Of a stretch of 64,000 bases of DNA, positions 1 to 10,252 are shown one piece after another. The number at the start of each line of letters is the position of its first letter. Positions within the stretch are counted from its first letter, which is position 1. The translations under genes and the position numbers were made by a program. Under the pieces are notes generated by a model. That model saw only the letters and a program-made list of their open reading frames with translations. It ran no database searches and had not been told where the DNA came from. The stretch is from Candidatus Hadarchaeum sp. (GTDB lineage Archaea; Hadarchaeota; Hadarchaeia; Hadarchaeales; Hadarchaeaceae): contig NZ_JAVZIN010000005.1 of assembly GCF_038871235.1 (NCBI RefSeq), positions 45,735-109,734 on the forward strand, read 5' to 3'.

Positions 1-271
1 TAGCGATGCCCGTCCCACCGGTGATTATTATTGCATTGATTCTGTCATCCTTTAAAAATTCCTTCACCGCTCGGCGAATCTTCGTCTTTTCATCAGGGAC
101 TATCATCCTCAGCGCTTCATGACCGGACTCCCGAGCTTTCTGGACGATGATCTTTCCAGAAACATCTTCATCCAGTCCTTTCTCCATCGCTGCCGACCTC
201 GTGTCGCTGACCACAAGCACGGCGATCCTGAGCTTTTTCGGTGCTTTTTTTCTGTGTTCCTCAAAACTCAA
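1..271 (-). CDS. moaB: Molybdopterin adenylyltransferase MoaB/MogA family, truncated by window edge
   Basis: Not in track. Manual translation MSFEEHRKKAPKKLRIAVLVVSDTR...DVSG...VPDE...IITGGTGIA; TTG start overlaps the moaC stop (TTGA). Confidence 0.9.
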   Translation of the reverse strand, partial: MSFEEHRKKAPKKLRIAVLVVSDTRSAAMEKGLDEDVSGKIIVQKARESGHEALRMIVPDEKTKIRRAVKEFLKDDRINAIIITGGTGIA

Positions 272-702
272 CTTTTCACCTTCTTAACCACGCGAATCTC
301 TTCTATAGCTGTGGTTGGATATTGACCCGCCTCATCTTTTTCCAACCCTTTCACCATATCCCAGATAGCTAGAAGCGCTCCGGCCACCCCAGCTAAAGCC
401 TCCATTTCAACTCCAGTCTGCCCGACGCTTCTTACCTCCACCTCGGCACGGACGCCGTTGTCTTCAATCTTGAGGTCAACATCAACACCTGTGATCGGGA
501 TGGGGTGGGTAAGAGGAATCATATCGGTTGTCCTCTTCACAGCCATTATCGCCGCCGTCTGCGCCACCGCAAAAACATCTCCCTTTGGTACTTCCTTTGA
601 TCGTATTTTTTTCAGGGTTTCTTTCTTAAGACGGATGAAGCCGCTGGCACGAGACATTCGAAACTCCTTCTTTTTCCCCCCAATGTCGACCATATGGACC
701 AT
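268..702 (-). CDS. moaC: Cyclic pyranopterin monophosphate synthase
   Basis: MVDI, KGDVFAVA, IPLTHP and TGVEMEAL motifs. Confidence 0.95.
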   Translation of the reverse strand: MVHMVDIGGKKKEFRMSRASGFIRLKKETLKKIRSKEVPKGDVFAVAQTAAIMAVKRTTDMIPLTHPIPITGVDVDLKIEDNGVRAEVEVRSVGQTGVEMEALAGVAGALLAIWDMVKGLEKDEAGQYPTTAIEEIRVVKKVKS

Positions 703-791
703 GATATCACTTTAGAAAAATCGCTGTAGCGAAATATAAGTTTGGGTGGAGATATAATTGGCCTAAAACCGGCCACAACTCTGATGTGTCG

Positions 792-1073
792 CTAGTAATA
801 CATGGGGCTGATGTGGCGCTCCTCAACCGGCATCCAAATGAAGGTTCTCCCCATCTTTTCGCGCCTGACTCTTCCCGAACACTCCAAATGCTTCAGTACT
901 TGATTGACCTCCCTGACCTTCCAGTTTAAGGCCTTGGCAATATCGGCCGAGTTGTACAGTCCGAATCTCCTGACGACAAACTCCACCACGCTTCTCTTTA
1001 TCTCCATGGTTAGATCTTCCTCGCTCTCGAAATCGTCTTCCTCTTCCTCAACGTAGATTGGGGCCTCCCTCAT
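792..1073 (-). CDS. Small winged-helix protein with acidic N-terminus and C-terminal MYY
   Basis: SADIAKALNW..EVNQVLKHL..SGRVRR...W wHTH pattern; GGTG upstream. Confidence 0.7.
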   Translation of the reverse strand: MREAPIYVEEEEDDFESEEDLTMEIKRSVVEFVVRRFGLYNSADIAKALNWKVREVNQVLKHLECSGRVRREKMGRTFIWMPVEERHISPMYY

Positions 1074-1092
1074 TTAAATCACCAATAACAAT

Positions 1093-1515
1093 TCAGCTAG
1101 TCTTTAATTTAAACTGCGCCTCTGTGACCAAATCTTCAAAAACCTCCTCGGACAAAACCTCTCCCAACCCAATGCCAGGACAATCATCAGCAAAATTGAA
1201 AATATATTTGTTATCCTTCTTACAAACTGAAAAGGGATAAAAGCGACAAACCAAAGGACGAATATCATAAATTCTGCAAGCTTTACCATCCAAAAAAAGG
1301 CATTTACCTCCCCTCTTTTTCATCTTGTATTGATAAGCTCCTTTATTTGAAATCGGTGTCGCGAAAGCGAGAGGACTCAAACCAGTTTTTTCGGAGATCT
1401 CCTCGACCTCACTTTTGGTCAGAAGCAGGTTTCTGCCGCGATGCGATGTGTCGCCGCAGCATCTGGCACATCGCTGGCACTCAAAGCGCATATTTTTCGG
1501 CACGAGAAGATTCAT
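1093..1515 (-). CDS. YkgJ-family (CxxCxxCC) Fe-S/Zn cluster protein
   Basis: FECQRCARCC...CLFL..CRIY..RPLVCRFYPF..CPG; start trimmed to ATG 1515 because the longer call overlaps the divergent gene. Confidence 0.85.
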   Translation of the reverse strand: MNLLVPKNMRFECQRCARCCGDTSHRGRNLLLTKSEVEEISEKTGLSPLAFATPISNKGAYQYKMKKRGGKCLFLDGKACRIYDIRPLVCRFYPFSVCKKDNKYIFNFADDCPGIGLGEVLSEEVFEDLVTEAQFKLKTS

Positions 1516-1702
1516 GGTTAAAACTCTCGAAACATAAGATATAACTTTTTCGCTTTTGATCAAATTTAAAACCAAATTTTTACGCCGCTTGTGGAAACAA
1601 ACAGGCCCACGTCTGCCTAAAATTGAAAAAACTTTAGTCTTCAAAAATGACCAATTTAAAGGAAGCGACCGGTGCAATAAACTAAAAAACGTTTGGAGAT
1701 AA

Positions 1703-3004
1703 TTGGTATCAATGTTCTTAAAAAGAATTTTCAGCAGGCCTCCATCGCCTGAACCCATGGTGGAAAGATTAACCGTGGATTCTCTGCGAAAACGAGTGAT
1801 AGTTTTGAAGGAGGAAAAAATTAAAAAAAGTAGGCCAGAATTGGGCGCCCTAGTGCAGGAGACTAACAAAGAATGTGCCGCTCTCTCTGAAAGCCTGAAA
1901 GAGCTTCATAGATCAGACCCGGACGAGGCGGTTCATTATGGTCTCGTGAAAACAGCGATTGAGGCCAGAAAGCTTTTTTACGAGAAGATTTCGCGAGCCA
2001 TCACCATCATGGAGTGCGCACAGGAACTCACGGGGGCTTCTATTCCGAAGATAAATGAAAGATTTTCTAAAGCCACTAGCATCATCGGCGACGCTATGAA
2101 AGCACACGGACGCTATGTGAGGGCGGTATTCGTAAAAAAATATTCTGAGTTTGAGTTCCACTTGCGCAAACTGTACGAACTAGTCACGCAAACTCAATCG
2201 ATTCTCAACAGGATTATCGGCGAAATGAAAGCTTTAGATGATCTCATTTCGGAAATTTCAGCCTATCAGCAGATACAGCTGGAGATGGAGAAAATTAAGG
2301 AAAACATCGCTTCTTTGCAAGACAACAGCAGAAAGATTGATGCCGAAATCAATGAAGCAGTTTCTCAACTCGCTCGACTTAAGGGAAGTCCAGAATTTAA
2401 AAAGATAACTGAATCGGCTGAAGAACTTGAGAGAACTAGGCACGAAATAAACAGAGAAAAGGAAACGGCAACAAGCTTAATCTCTGAGTTGAACCGGCCG
2501 TTTCGAAAACTGGAAAAAATCTTAGACGCCGGTGAATATCAAATGGGCCCAGAGACTCGAAGGATTCTAGAAATTTGTATATATGAACCCACAGAGTTGA
2601 TTTCCTCCGATGAGAAGCTAACCCTTTTTGAGAAACTTCTCCACGAAACAACTAACCTCGCCAACTCCGGTAAGATAGATCTAGATAAGCGAGAAAGAAA
2701 AAACTTAGAGATCGCAACACGTTTTCTACCGTCGAGGCTGAAGAACATCAAAAATAATTTAGCCACTTTGGTGGAAAATGCTGAAACCAAGAAAAAGGAA
2801 TCTGAAAGCCCTGTATTCGATCAAGCCGGCAAACTGGAAAACTTGATAAAAAAGCTTGAGGAGGAGCGCAAGGAGGCTCAAAACACTGTCGATGAACTCA
2901 AAAACAGGGTTAAATTGAAGGAAGAAGAACTGGTTTCCAGAAAGAACAACTTGCAGAAGCTTGCCAGCGAAGTCCTAGGAACAAGAGTGGAAATCACTTT
3001 TTAA
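1703..3004 (+). CDS. Long coiled-coil hypothetical protein
   Basis: 433 aa, E/K/L-rich heptads, no Walker motifs. Confidence 0.75.
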   Translation: MVSMFLKRIFSRPPSPEPMVERLTVDSLRKRVIVLKEEKIKKSRPELGALVQETNKECAALSESLKELHRSDPDEAVHYGLVKTAIEARKLFYEKISRAITIMECAQELTGASIPKINERFSKATSIIGDAMKAHGRYVRAVFVKKYSEFEFHLRKLYELVTQTQSILNRIIGEMKALDDLISEISAYQQIQLEMEKIKENIASLQDNSRKIDAEINEAVSQLARLKGSPEFKKITESAEELERTRHEINREKETATSLISELNRPFRKLEKILDAGEYQMGPETRRILEICIYEPTELISSDEKLTLFEKLLHETTNLANSGKIDLDKRERKNLEIATRFLPSRLKNIKNNLATLVENAETKKKESESPVFDQAGKLENLIKKLEEERKEAQNTVDELKNRVKLKEEELVSRKNNLQKLASEVLGTRVEITF

Positions 3005-3161
3005 AATCCGTGTACCCGCATTTGCCGCAGGACCATCGGTTTTTGTGGTCCGCCATGAACACTCCTGGACCACAACGGGGACACTGAGGTCTCTGACGCT
3101 TCAAGGTTTTTCCATTCAGTTTGTATAGCCTCGACTTCGATGCTTTAACCTTCTCGGCCAT
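2994..3161 (-). CDS. rps27ae: 30S ribosomal protein S27ae (55 aa)
   Basis: Not in track. [55 protein letters not shown], directly after rps24e. Confidence 0.95.
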   Translation of the reverse strand: MAEKVKASKSRLYKLNGKTLKRQRPQCPRCGPGVFMADHKNRWSCGKCGYTDFKK

Positions 3162-3163
3162 AT

Positions 3164-3520
3164 TTATCCTTCTCCTTTACTTGATTCGCTCTTAGTTGGA
3201 GGCGCCTTCTTCTCCGGCTTCGCCTCAGCGGCTTTTTCCTCCTTAGGCACGCCGCGTTTAAACAGATACTCGGGCTCCATAGACTCCAGCTGCTCACGTG
3301 TGCTGTAGACACGAGCCACCCCAGTTGCCACCTGACGACCATGTGAGCTAGTGAACCGCTCAACCACCAGAAGTTCCTCAGATGTTCCCAGAATTGATGC
3401 CAGCTGAGGCTTGACTTCAAGTCGGCTGGGAGTCGGGGCCCCCGAATGATCTATCCTAAACTCGACCTCGACCCTCTTAAGCAATGGATTTTCTGTCCTT
3501 TTGATCACTTCAATCTTCAC
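3164..3520 (-). CDS. rps24e: 30S ribosomal protein S24e
   Basis: [17 protein letters not shown]...ARVY...EP. Confidence 0.95.
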   Translation of the reverse strand: MKIEVIKRTENPLLKRVEVEFRIDHSGAPTPSRLEVKPQLASILGTSEELLVVERFTSSHGRQVATGVARVYSTREQLESMEPEYLFKRGVPKEEKAAEAKPEKKAPPTKSESSKGEG

Positions 3521-3602
3521 TTTTATCCCCTTCTCAATAGAACTATACCAAAATAAACCCCACGTTTTAAATTATTTGGGTTGGGTAAGATCGCCGGTTG
3601 TA

Positions 3603-4118
3603 TCATCCCTCAAATTGGCTCAGGATCTCCCGAAATTCTTGGCGCTTTTTTTCATCGACCTCGATCAAAACGACTCCTTGTCTTGGCTGTCCGTACACCA
3701 CAACCGACCCATCCTGTGAGGTGAGCACCGCCGGGATTGTGGCAAGATCCTCTTCACCCTCCACGATGATCTTTGTGGGCGGTTTTGCCGACTCCACCGC
3801 TTTCCAGAGCTCCGGAGATATCGAGGCGGCAGGGTTCCTAACCTGAATAACTTTGGCTTCAAAGGATTCTAATGTTGACTTAATCTCCTCACCAGCCGGA
3901 GTTCTCATGATAACTAAATCTATCACAGCGATGTCGGGTTTAAACCCGGCAATGAGAAAGCCATAGGTTACCATATCGCCGACCGTGATCAACCTGTTGG
4001 GCCTGATTCTACGAAGACGATCAAAAACATCGTCTAGGTTGGTATACAGTATGCCCAATGGTCGCTGAAGCCTTGGACGCAGACTTTCCGGCAGCTTCAG
4101 TATTCTATTTTCAAGCAT
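3603..4118 (-). CDS. GTP-dependent dephospho-CoA kinase (DUF359)
   Basis: ITVGDMVT, NPAA.I, VEGEEDLA, YGQP motifs; usual position upstream of rps24e; start trimmed (4118 or 4130). Confidence 0.9.
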   Translation of the reverse strand: MLENRILKLPESLRPRLQRPLGILYTNLDDVFDRLRRIRPNRLITVGDMVTYGFLIAGFKPDIAVIDLVIMRTPAGEEIKSTLESFEAKVIQVRNPAASISPELWKAVESAKPPTKIIVEGEEDLATIPAVLTSQDGSVVVYGQPRQGVVLIEVDEKKRQEFREILSQFEG

Positions 4119-4176
4119 GCGTATCAGCATCGTTGGATTTATAACCTCAATTAAATACATCGTTTGAGCTGAATAA

Positions 4177-7014
4177 ATGGATGTTTTTTCCCAGTTGATA
4201 GAGCCGGTGAGGCGGGTCATCAAGGGCATGGGGATTAGCAGCCCCACCAAGCCACAGGAGCTGGCCCTACCCGCTATCCTAGGCGGAAAAAACGTGCTAC
4301 TGGTTGCTCCCACCGGTACTGGAAAAACCGAGGCCGCCATTCTTCCGGTACTTAGCCTTTACCTGTCGCAAAAGCGGGCCGCAGGAATCGAGATACTTTA
4401 CATCGCCCCGCTCCGGGCACTGAACCGTGATATGCTCAGCAGGTTCACGAAAATCTGTGAAGCTCTGGGAATCACTGTCGCGGTCAGACACGGCGACACA
4501 CCAGCGGGCGAACGGCAGCAGCAGAAAATGGAACCACCCAAAATGTTGATCACGACGCCAGAAACTCTTCAAGCCATACTGCCTGGAAAAATTATCGGAA
4601 AACACCTGAAAAGCGTTCGGTGGGTGATTATAGATGAAATACATGAGCTGGCCACTGACAAGCGTGGGGTTCAGCTAGCTGTGGGTTTGGAGCGCCTCTC
4701 GGAAATAGCCGGCAATTTTCAGCGCATTGGACTCTCGGCCACAGTCGGTTCAAAAAATGAGATAGCAAAGTTTCTGGTTGGTTCTGACCGCCAAGTGGAG
4801 ATTCTGGATGCCTCGATGGAGAAGAAGATTAAAATCAGGATTGAGAGCCCCCTGCCATCCAAAAATGATATCGGGCTTGCGGAGCGCCTCTCTGTTGACC
4901 CCACGATGGCAGCGAGGTTCAGAAGGCTTCATGAGCTGATCGATAAACATGGCTCAGTCCTGATCTTCGTCAACACTAGGGAGACAGCAGAAACATTGGG
5001 ATCTCGCCTTAAATTGCTCGAACCATCGCTGAAGGTAGGCATCCACCATGGTTCCTTGGCTAGGGAAATCAGGATCGAGGCTGAAGAGGGCTTCCGCAGC
5101 GGCCGTCTGAGAGGACTCATCTGCACCTCCTCCATGGAGCTTGGAATCGACATTGGGGCGGTGGATTTGGTGGTCCAGTACATGTCGCCGCGCCAAGTGA
5201 CTAGATTAATTCAACGAGTGGGCCGTTCAGGCCATCGTGCCGAAGCTAGCTCGGAAGGAATTATAATCGCGGCCAGCCCGGACGACGTTGCCGAAGCTAT
5301 GATCATCGGAAAGAAAACGTTGTTGGGTGAACTAGAGCCAGAAAAATTCCACTGCCTCCCGCTGGATGTCTTGGCCCACCAACTGGTCGGGATCTCCTTG
5401 GATCGGGGCAGACCGAGCATCGAGGAGGCCGTCTCGTTGTTGAAAAGGGCCAGACCATACCAGAGTTTGGACGCGGCTACTGCTGAACGGGTGTTAAAAC
5501 AACTTGATTCAGAAGGCATGGTGAGATTAGAAGACAAACATTTTAGGCCCCGCAAACCCGGATTTTCTTACTATTTCACCAATTTGTCAATGATACCGGA
5601 CACCCGGCGCTACACGATAAAGGACATCGTCTCAGGAAAAACAGTTGGCACTTTGGATGAGGAATTTGTCGCCTATCACGGGGACCAAGATCTAACCTTC
5701 ATAATGAAGGGCGAAGCTTGGAAAATAATTGAAATTGATAACGAACGTGGGCAAGTGTTGGTCGAGCCGAGCAACGACCTGTTGGGAGCCATTCCGGCCT
5801 GGGAAGGAGAGCTAATTCCGGTGCCTTTTGAAGTCGCCCACGAAGTTGGTTCCCTTAGGTCGAAGATATCTCAATTGCTAAAAAAGGGCCACGCTTGCGA
5901 AGAGATAGTTTCTGTACTTGCCAAGGAATACCCAGTGGACAACCAAGCTGCGGGTTGGTTGGTGGAGTATATTAATGAGCAAGTTACCAGCGGTACCGTT
6001 CCCACGCATGAAGATATCTTAGTCGAAGCTAGCGGTAACTTTGTGGTCCTGCACGCTTGCTTCGGTAGTCTCGTCAACCAGACCATGGCATTGATTTTAG
6101 CGGCCCTGCTGACAGCAAGAACGGGGGCTAGCGTCACTGTAAAGGTTGACCCCTATCGAATTGCCTTCAAGCTGGCGGTTAAAGCCGATCCGGAACTTAT
6201 CAAGACGATTATCACTGAACTCAAGCCGGAGCATCTGTTACCCCTCCTAAGGATAGCCTTGAAAGACAGCCCAATGTTCAGGTGGCGTTTAATTCAAGTT
6301 GCGAAGAGATCTGGGGCGATAAAGAGGGACGCCGACCTGACTCAGTTAAACTTACGTCGTTTGGTGGTCCATTTCGAGGGTACACCAATCTACGAGGAGG
6401 CTCTGAAGGAGATGACGGTGGAAAAACTCGACGTTGAGAAAACTGTGGAAATTCTCAGGCTTCTAAGATCAGGGGCCATCAGAATCTCGACGTTAAGCGG
6501 CGAAGAACCGACGCCGTTAGCCTGGCCTGTGTTGAACGAAATATCGGGGAGTGAACTAATTCTGCCCAAAAAGGCTGAGCGGGAGATCATCCGCGCTCTC
6601 GTTAGGCGTTTGGACCAACAAATTGTCAGGCTTCACTGTCTTAACTGCAACCAATGGTCTACAACCACCAGAGTCGGGCGCGTCGAGGACCCTCCGATAT
6701 GCAAGAACTGCGGGGCTAGGCTGATCACCCTGCTGCCTCGAGAAAATCGCGTACTTTTATTGGCAATAAAAAAACATGCGGCGGGGACAAAGCTCAACCG
6801 GGAAGAAGAACACCGGGTTAAGCGGTCTTTCCAGGCCGCAAACTTGGTCCTGAGCTACGGAAAACGGGCGGTGATCGCCCTGTCCGGCCGCGGCATTGGG
6901 CCTCAGACTGCGGCCAGAATTCTCAGCAAAAACTCCTCGGATGAAGCCTTTTACCGAGACATCCTTCAAGCGGAAAGAATTTACTCACGCACCAGACGTT
7001 TCTGGGACGTGTGA
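4177..7014 (+). CDS. lhr: Lhr-family ATP-dependent DEAD/DEAH helicase
   Basis: APTGTGKT, PLRALNRD, DEIH, LSAT, QRVGRSGH, C-terminal Zn finger CxxC..CxxC. Confidence 0.92.
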   Translation: MDVFSQLIEPVRRVIKGMGISSPTKPQELALPAILGGKNVLLVAPTGTGKTEAAILPVLSLYLSQKRAAGIEILYIAPLRALNRDMLSRFTKICEALGITVAVRHGDTPAGERQQQKMEPPKMLITTPETLQAILPGKIIGKHLKSVRWVIIDEIHELATDKRGVQLAVGLERLSEIAGNFQRIGLSATVGSKNEIAKFLVGSDRQVEILDASMEKKIKIRIESPLPSKNDIGLAERLSVDPTMAARFRRLHELIDKHGSVLIFVNTRETAETLGSRLKLLEPSLKVGIHHGSLAREIRIEAEEGFRSGRLRGLICTSSMELGIDIGAVDLVVQYMSPRQVTRLIQRVGRSGHRAEASSEGIIIAASPDDVAEAMIIGKKTLLGELEPEKFHCLPLDVLAHQLVGISLDRGRPSIEEAVSLLKRARPYQSLDAATAERVLKQLDSEGMVRLEDKHFRPRKPGFSYYFTNLSMIPDTRRYTIKDIVSGKTVGTLDEEFVAYHGDQDLTFIMKGEAWKIIEIDNERGQVLVEPSNDLLGAIPAWEGELIPVPFEVAHEVGSLRSKISQLLKKGHACEEIVSVLAKEYPVDNQAAGWLVEYINEQVTSGTVPTHEDILVEASGNFVVLHACFGSLVNQTMALILAALLTARTGASVTVKVDPYRIAFKLAVKADPELIKTIITELKPEHLLPLLRIALKDSPMFRWRLIQVAKRSGAIKRDADLTQLNLRRLVVHFEGTPIYEEALKEMTVEKLDVEKTVEILRLLRSGAIRISTLSGEEPTPLAWPVLNEISGSELILPKKAEREIIRALVRRLDQQIVRLHCLNCNQWSTTTRVGRVEDPPICKNCGARLITLLPRENRVLLLAIKKHAAGTKLNREEEHRVKRSFQAANLVLSYGKRAVIALSGRGIGPQTAARILSKNSSDEAFYRDILQAERIYSRTRRFWDV

Positions 7015-7094
7015 ATCAACCCACACCAGACCTCCAAGAAGCCAATACATTTTCATTCAAGTCAATTTTTATAAACAGACGCTTGTTCAATTGA

Positions 7095-8369
7095 TCAAGC
7101 CAAAATCCTAGTGCCGCTTTTTCCCATTTCTACTAACAGCTCTCGCAACTGCTCTAGCCTTGAATCTATCATTACCGGTTTCTCAACCATTTTCATCGCG
7201 GTGGCCACATCCTTGAGCCCACCGCCTGTGACTTCGACCACAACGATATCGGAACCCGAGATAACGCCTTCATCCAACAACCTCTTCAATCCCGCCAGAC
7301 CGGCTGCTCCGGAAGGCTCAGCAAAAATACCCTCGCTTCTGGCCAAGCGCTTAACGGCTTCCAGTATTTCCGCGTCGCTTACGGACGCTGCTGTTCCATT
7401 GGAGCGCTTGATCGCGGGGATTGCGGTATCGGCGTCCCAAGGGTAGGGATCAACCAGTCCGCCCGCTACCGTCTTCGGGTTGGGCCACGGTTGTATCTCG
7501 TATGGTGGCGTGCCTTCCTTAAATGCCTTGACAATCGGAGCACAACCCTCAGCCTGAATCGCGACGAGGCGTGGCACTTCCCTTGTCAGACCCATCTGCT
7601 GGAATTCAAAATAACCCTTAGCATTGCCCGAAAGAAGCGTGCCGGCTCCGGTGGGGACGATTACCCAATCGGGCACTTGCCAGCCCAGTTGCTCGCAGAC
7701 TTCATAGGAAATTGTCTTCGAGCCCTCGGGCTGATAGGGGTTGAAGGCCCCACCGCTGGGGATCGGATGCCAGCCGAATTTCTTCCAAGATTCCTGCATG
7801 AGCTTGTAGGTCGGGTCACCATTGCTGCGCTCCTTGGGCTGAACGACATGAGCACCGTGCATCAAAAGCTGAGCTACTTTGCTCTCTGGGGCGCCAGCGG
7901 GAACAAAGGCGTGACACTTGATGCCCGCCTTGGCCGCATAAGCGGATAGAGCTACAGCGGCGTTACCACTTGAAGCACACACCACTGCGCGAGCCCCAAA
8001 CTCCACAGCTTTTGATACGCCCACACTCATGGGCCGATCCTTGAACGAAGAGGTCGGGTTTCTGGTCTCGTCCTTTAAATAGAGGTGCTTCACCTTTAGC
8101 TCCTTCGCCAGACTTGTCGCCGGAATTAGTGGCGTCCCCCCCTCTCCAAGCGACACAATATTTTTCCGGTTCATCAACGGCAGCAGCTCAAAATACTTCC
8201 AGACACCACTTTTTCTTCTGGCGAGTTTTTCTCTATTGATTTCCTCCGCAATGAGCTGATAATCGTAAATCACATCGAGCTTCCCGCCGCAGCTCCTGCA
8301 GACATATAGGTCCTTGGCTGGCCGGTATCTTCTCCCGCACCTGAGACATCTGAGTTCTGAAAAGGGCAA
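7095..8369 (-). CDS. thrC: Threonine synthase (PLP) with N-terminal Zn ribbon
   Basis: NPTSSFKDR, ASSGN, VPTGAG, EPSGA; TTG start after GGTGAG. Confidence 0.85.
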   Translation of the reverse strand: MPFSELRCLRCGRRYRPAKDLYVCRSCGGKLDVIYDYQLIAEEINREKLARRKSGVWKYFELLPLMNRKNIVSLGEGGTPLIPATSLAKELKVKHLYLKDETRNPTSSFKDRPMSVGVSKAVEFGARAVVCASSGNAAVALSAYAAKAGIKCHAFVPAGAPESKVAQLLMHGAHVVQPKERSNGDPTYKLMQESWKKFGWHPIPSGGAFNPYQPEGSKTISYEVCEQLGWQVPDWVIVPTGAGTLLSGNAKGYFEFQQMGLTREVPRLVAIQAEGCAPIVKAFKEGTPPYEIQPWPNPKTVAGGLVDPYPWDADTAIPAIKRSNGTAASVSDAEILEAVKRLARSEGIFAEPSGAAGLAGLKRLLDEGVISGSDIVVVEVTGGGLKDVATAMKMVEKPVMIDSRLEQLRELLVEMGKSGTRILA

Positions 8370-8459
8370 CTTCTCACCCGCCTTCTCTGTTTCCCAGAAG
8401 ATAATGAAGTGCCCTGTAGTTTTAAATCCCCCTACGCTCAAACTTGTATGGGAGATGGG

Positions 8460-9041
8460 ATGACAGTTGATATCTGGATCGAAATCTTCCTTGTCGCAAT
8501 CATTCTAATTCTTCTGGGCTGGATACTCTACTCAGGTGGTGGCTCACGTCAGCGCAAGTTACAACAGGAGATCGAGGCCCAGCGTGAGGAACTCAGGCTA
8601 TTGAGGGAAGCCAATGAATCGCTGCGCAACGCCCTTGGGCTCAGTGAAGAAGGCAAGCTGAGGCGCCATCAAGAGATATTTCAATTTCTGAGAGACTTGG
8701 AGAGCCTTCGCGCAGCCATAGCTGGCTCGACCATCTCCCAAAAGGTGCTTCGAAGCAAATACGGCGATGTTGAAGGTTTTGAGCTTCTCACCCGAATAAT
8801 GGACGCTAGGCCGAACATAGACCCCGCAGTGAAGAGGAGAATCGCGGACGAAATTTTGGTTGGTGAAGCCGGAAGAACAATAATGAAGGCCTTGGATAAG
8901 GGAGCTTCGATAGACCGGGCGGCCTCCGCTGCTGGCATGCCGCTAATCGTGGCCAAAGGACAGATAAGAAGGCTCCAGATGCTGGGTTACTTGGACTCTA
9001 GGCTCAAACCGACCGAGCAGGGACGTAGGGCTTTGGAATGA
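8460..9041 (+). CDS. Membrane-anchored coiled-coil protein with C-terminal winged helix
   Basis: N-terminal TM IWIEIFLVAIILILLGWIL, coiled coil, IRRLQMLGYLD...TEQG wing. Confidence 0.7.
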   Translation: MTVDIWIEIFLVAIILILLGWILYSGGGSRQRKLQQEIEAQREELRLLREANESLRNALGLSEEGKLRRHQEIFQFLRDLESLRAAIAGSTISQKVLRSKYGDVEGFELLTRIMDARPNIDPAVKRRIADEILVGEAGRTIMKALDKGASIDRAASAAGMPLIVAKGQIRRLQMLGYLDSRLKPTEQGRRALE

Positions 9042-9257
9042 AAAGTCATTGAAAACATTTTATCGATCTCCCTAGTCGAGATTCCGGACGAACCTCTTGC
9101 CATTTCTGGGGAGTCCTGCTACTGGGCCATTTAAGTCCGATCTTGCTAAAAAATAAGAGGCCTGAGTCATAATGACGGGCATAAAGTTGCCCACTGACGG
9201 TCACTAACACTCCCGTAAAGCGTAAAAAGTAGAGTAATAGTTTATACTGGGATAAAA

Positions 9258-10229
9258 ATGGTTAGCCTCGGCCGAAACTTCAAAAATTGCCTCCTGATAG
9301 AGCACCTAGACGAGCGGGAAAAGCTCGCCTTCATTAAAGGGGAGCTAAGTTTAAGTTCAATAAATCCAAAAGTGCTAAAAAAAGCCAAGTTGAACGTTGA
9401 AAGGCAGATTGAGATAATTACTGATCTCGGGATGTCCCATCTTGAAATCGAGCTGGATTCCACCGATGCCTACTTGGATTTTTACCCTGAAAAAAGGGAG
9501 CGCATCAACGAACTGGCTAAAGCAAACGAGCTGACTTTGTCCGTGAACCTGCCCCACTCATTCACCAACGGGGGCATTGGCTCGCTCAGGGAAGAGGACA
9601 GGGAAGCTGCAACGGAGATTCAAAAAAAGCACATTCAACTCGCCGCTGATATCGGCGCAAAATATGTGAGTCTATGCCCTGGAAACGTTCCTGCTGAAAA
9701 CAGGACCGGGAATTATAGGGAGATGGTACACAACTCTTTGGTCAACAGCTTGGTGGAACTGGGAAAATTTGCCAACGAGCTGGGCCTAGCCCTTCACCTG
9801 GAGAACAACGTCGCCTTCGATGGCATCTGCTATGAAATCGATGAATGCCTCAGGTTGGTGAAAAGAGTAAGGGAGCAGGGTGTGCCCATCTACTTCAACT
9901 TTGACATTGGAAATTGGCTGACCAATGCTGAATTTACCCGACAAACAATGGCACATCCGGAAAGCTCCCTTGCATCAATATCGCCCGATTATATCAAGGA
10001 GCTTCATCTGAGCGACTATGTCCCAGAAGAAATGACCTTGCGGCCGCCATTGCACCTAGAACTGGGGATGATGAAACATTATAATCTGGAACACTACGCT
10101 AGGCTAGCTAAAATAAAAAAGGCAGAAACCGTCGTCGTGGAAACTGAGATCAAAAGCTTGGAGCAGGCGATAAATTACAAGGATGTTCTTCGCAACGAAA
10201 CGGACTACCTGTTCCACATCTTCAGATAG
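9258..10229 (+). CDS. Xylose isomerase-like/AP endonuclease 2 TIM-barrel protein
   Basis: AADIGAKYV, LHLEN, FDIGN, ELHLSD; some metal ligands degenerate. Confidence 0.75.
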   Translation: MVSLGRNFKNCLLIEHLDEREKLAFIKGELSLSSINPKVLKKAKLNVERQIEIITDLGMSHLEIELDSTDAYLDFYPEKRERINELAKANELTLSVNLPHSFTNGGIGSLREEDREAATEIQKKHIQLAADIGAKYVSLCPGNVPAENRTGNYREMVHNSLVNSLVELGKFANELGLALHLENNVAFDGICYEIDECLRLVKRVREQGVPIYFNFDIGNWLTNAEFTRQTMAHPESSLASISPDYIKELHLSDYVPEEMTLRPPLHLELGMMKHYNLEHYARLAKIKKAETVVVETEIKSLEQAINYKDVLRNETDYLFHIFR

Positions 10230-10252
10230 GTGCAGCCAGGTTGTTTAAAAAC

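Noticed and set aside
1703-3004. SMC/Rad50 ATPase
   Set aside because: Coiled coil only; no Walker A/B, signature or hook motif
9042-9257. ncRNA or C/D guide in this gap (also 28330-28630)
   Set aside because: Only short hairpins and partial boxes; no convincing C/D pair
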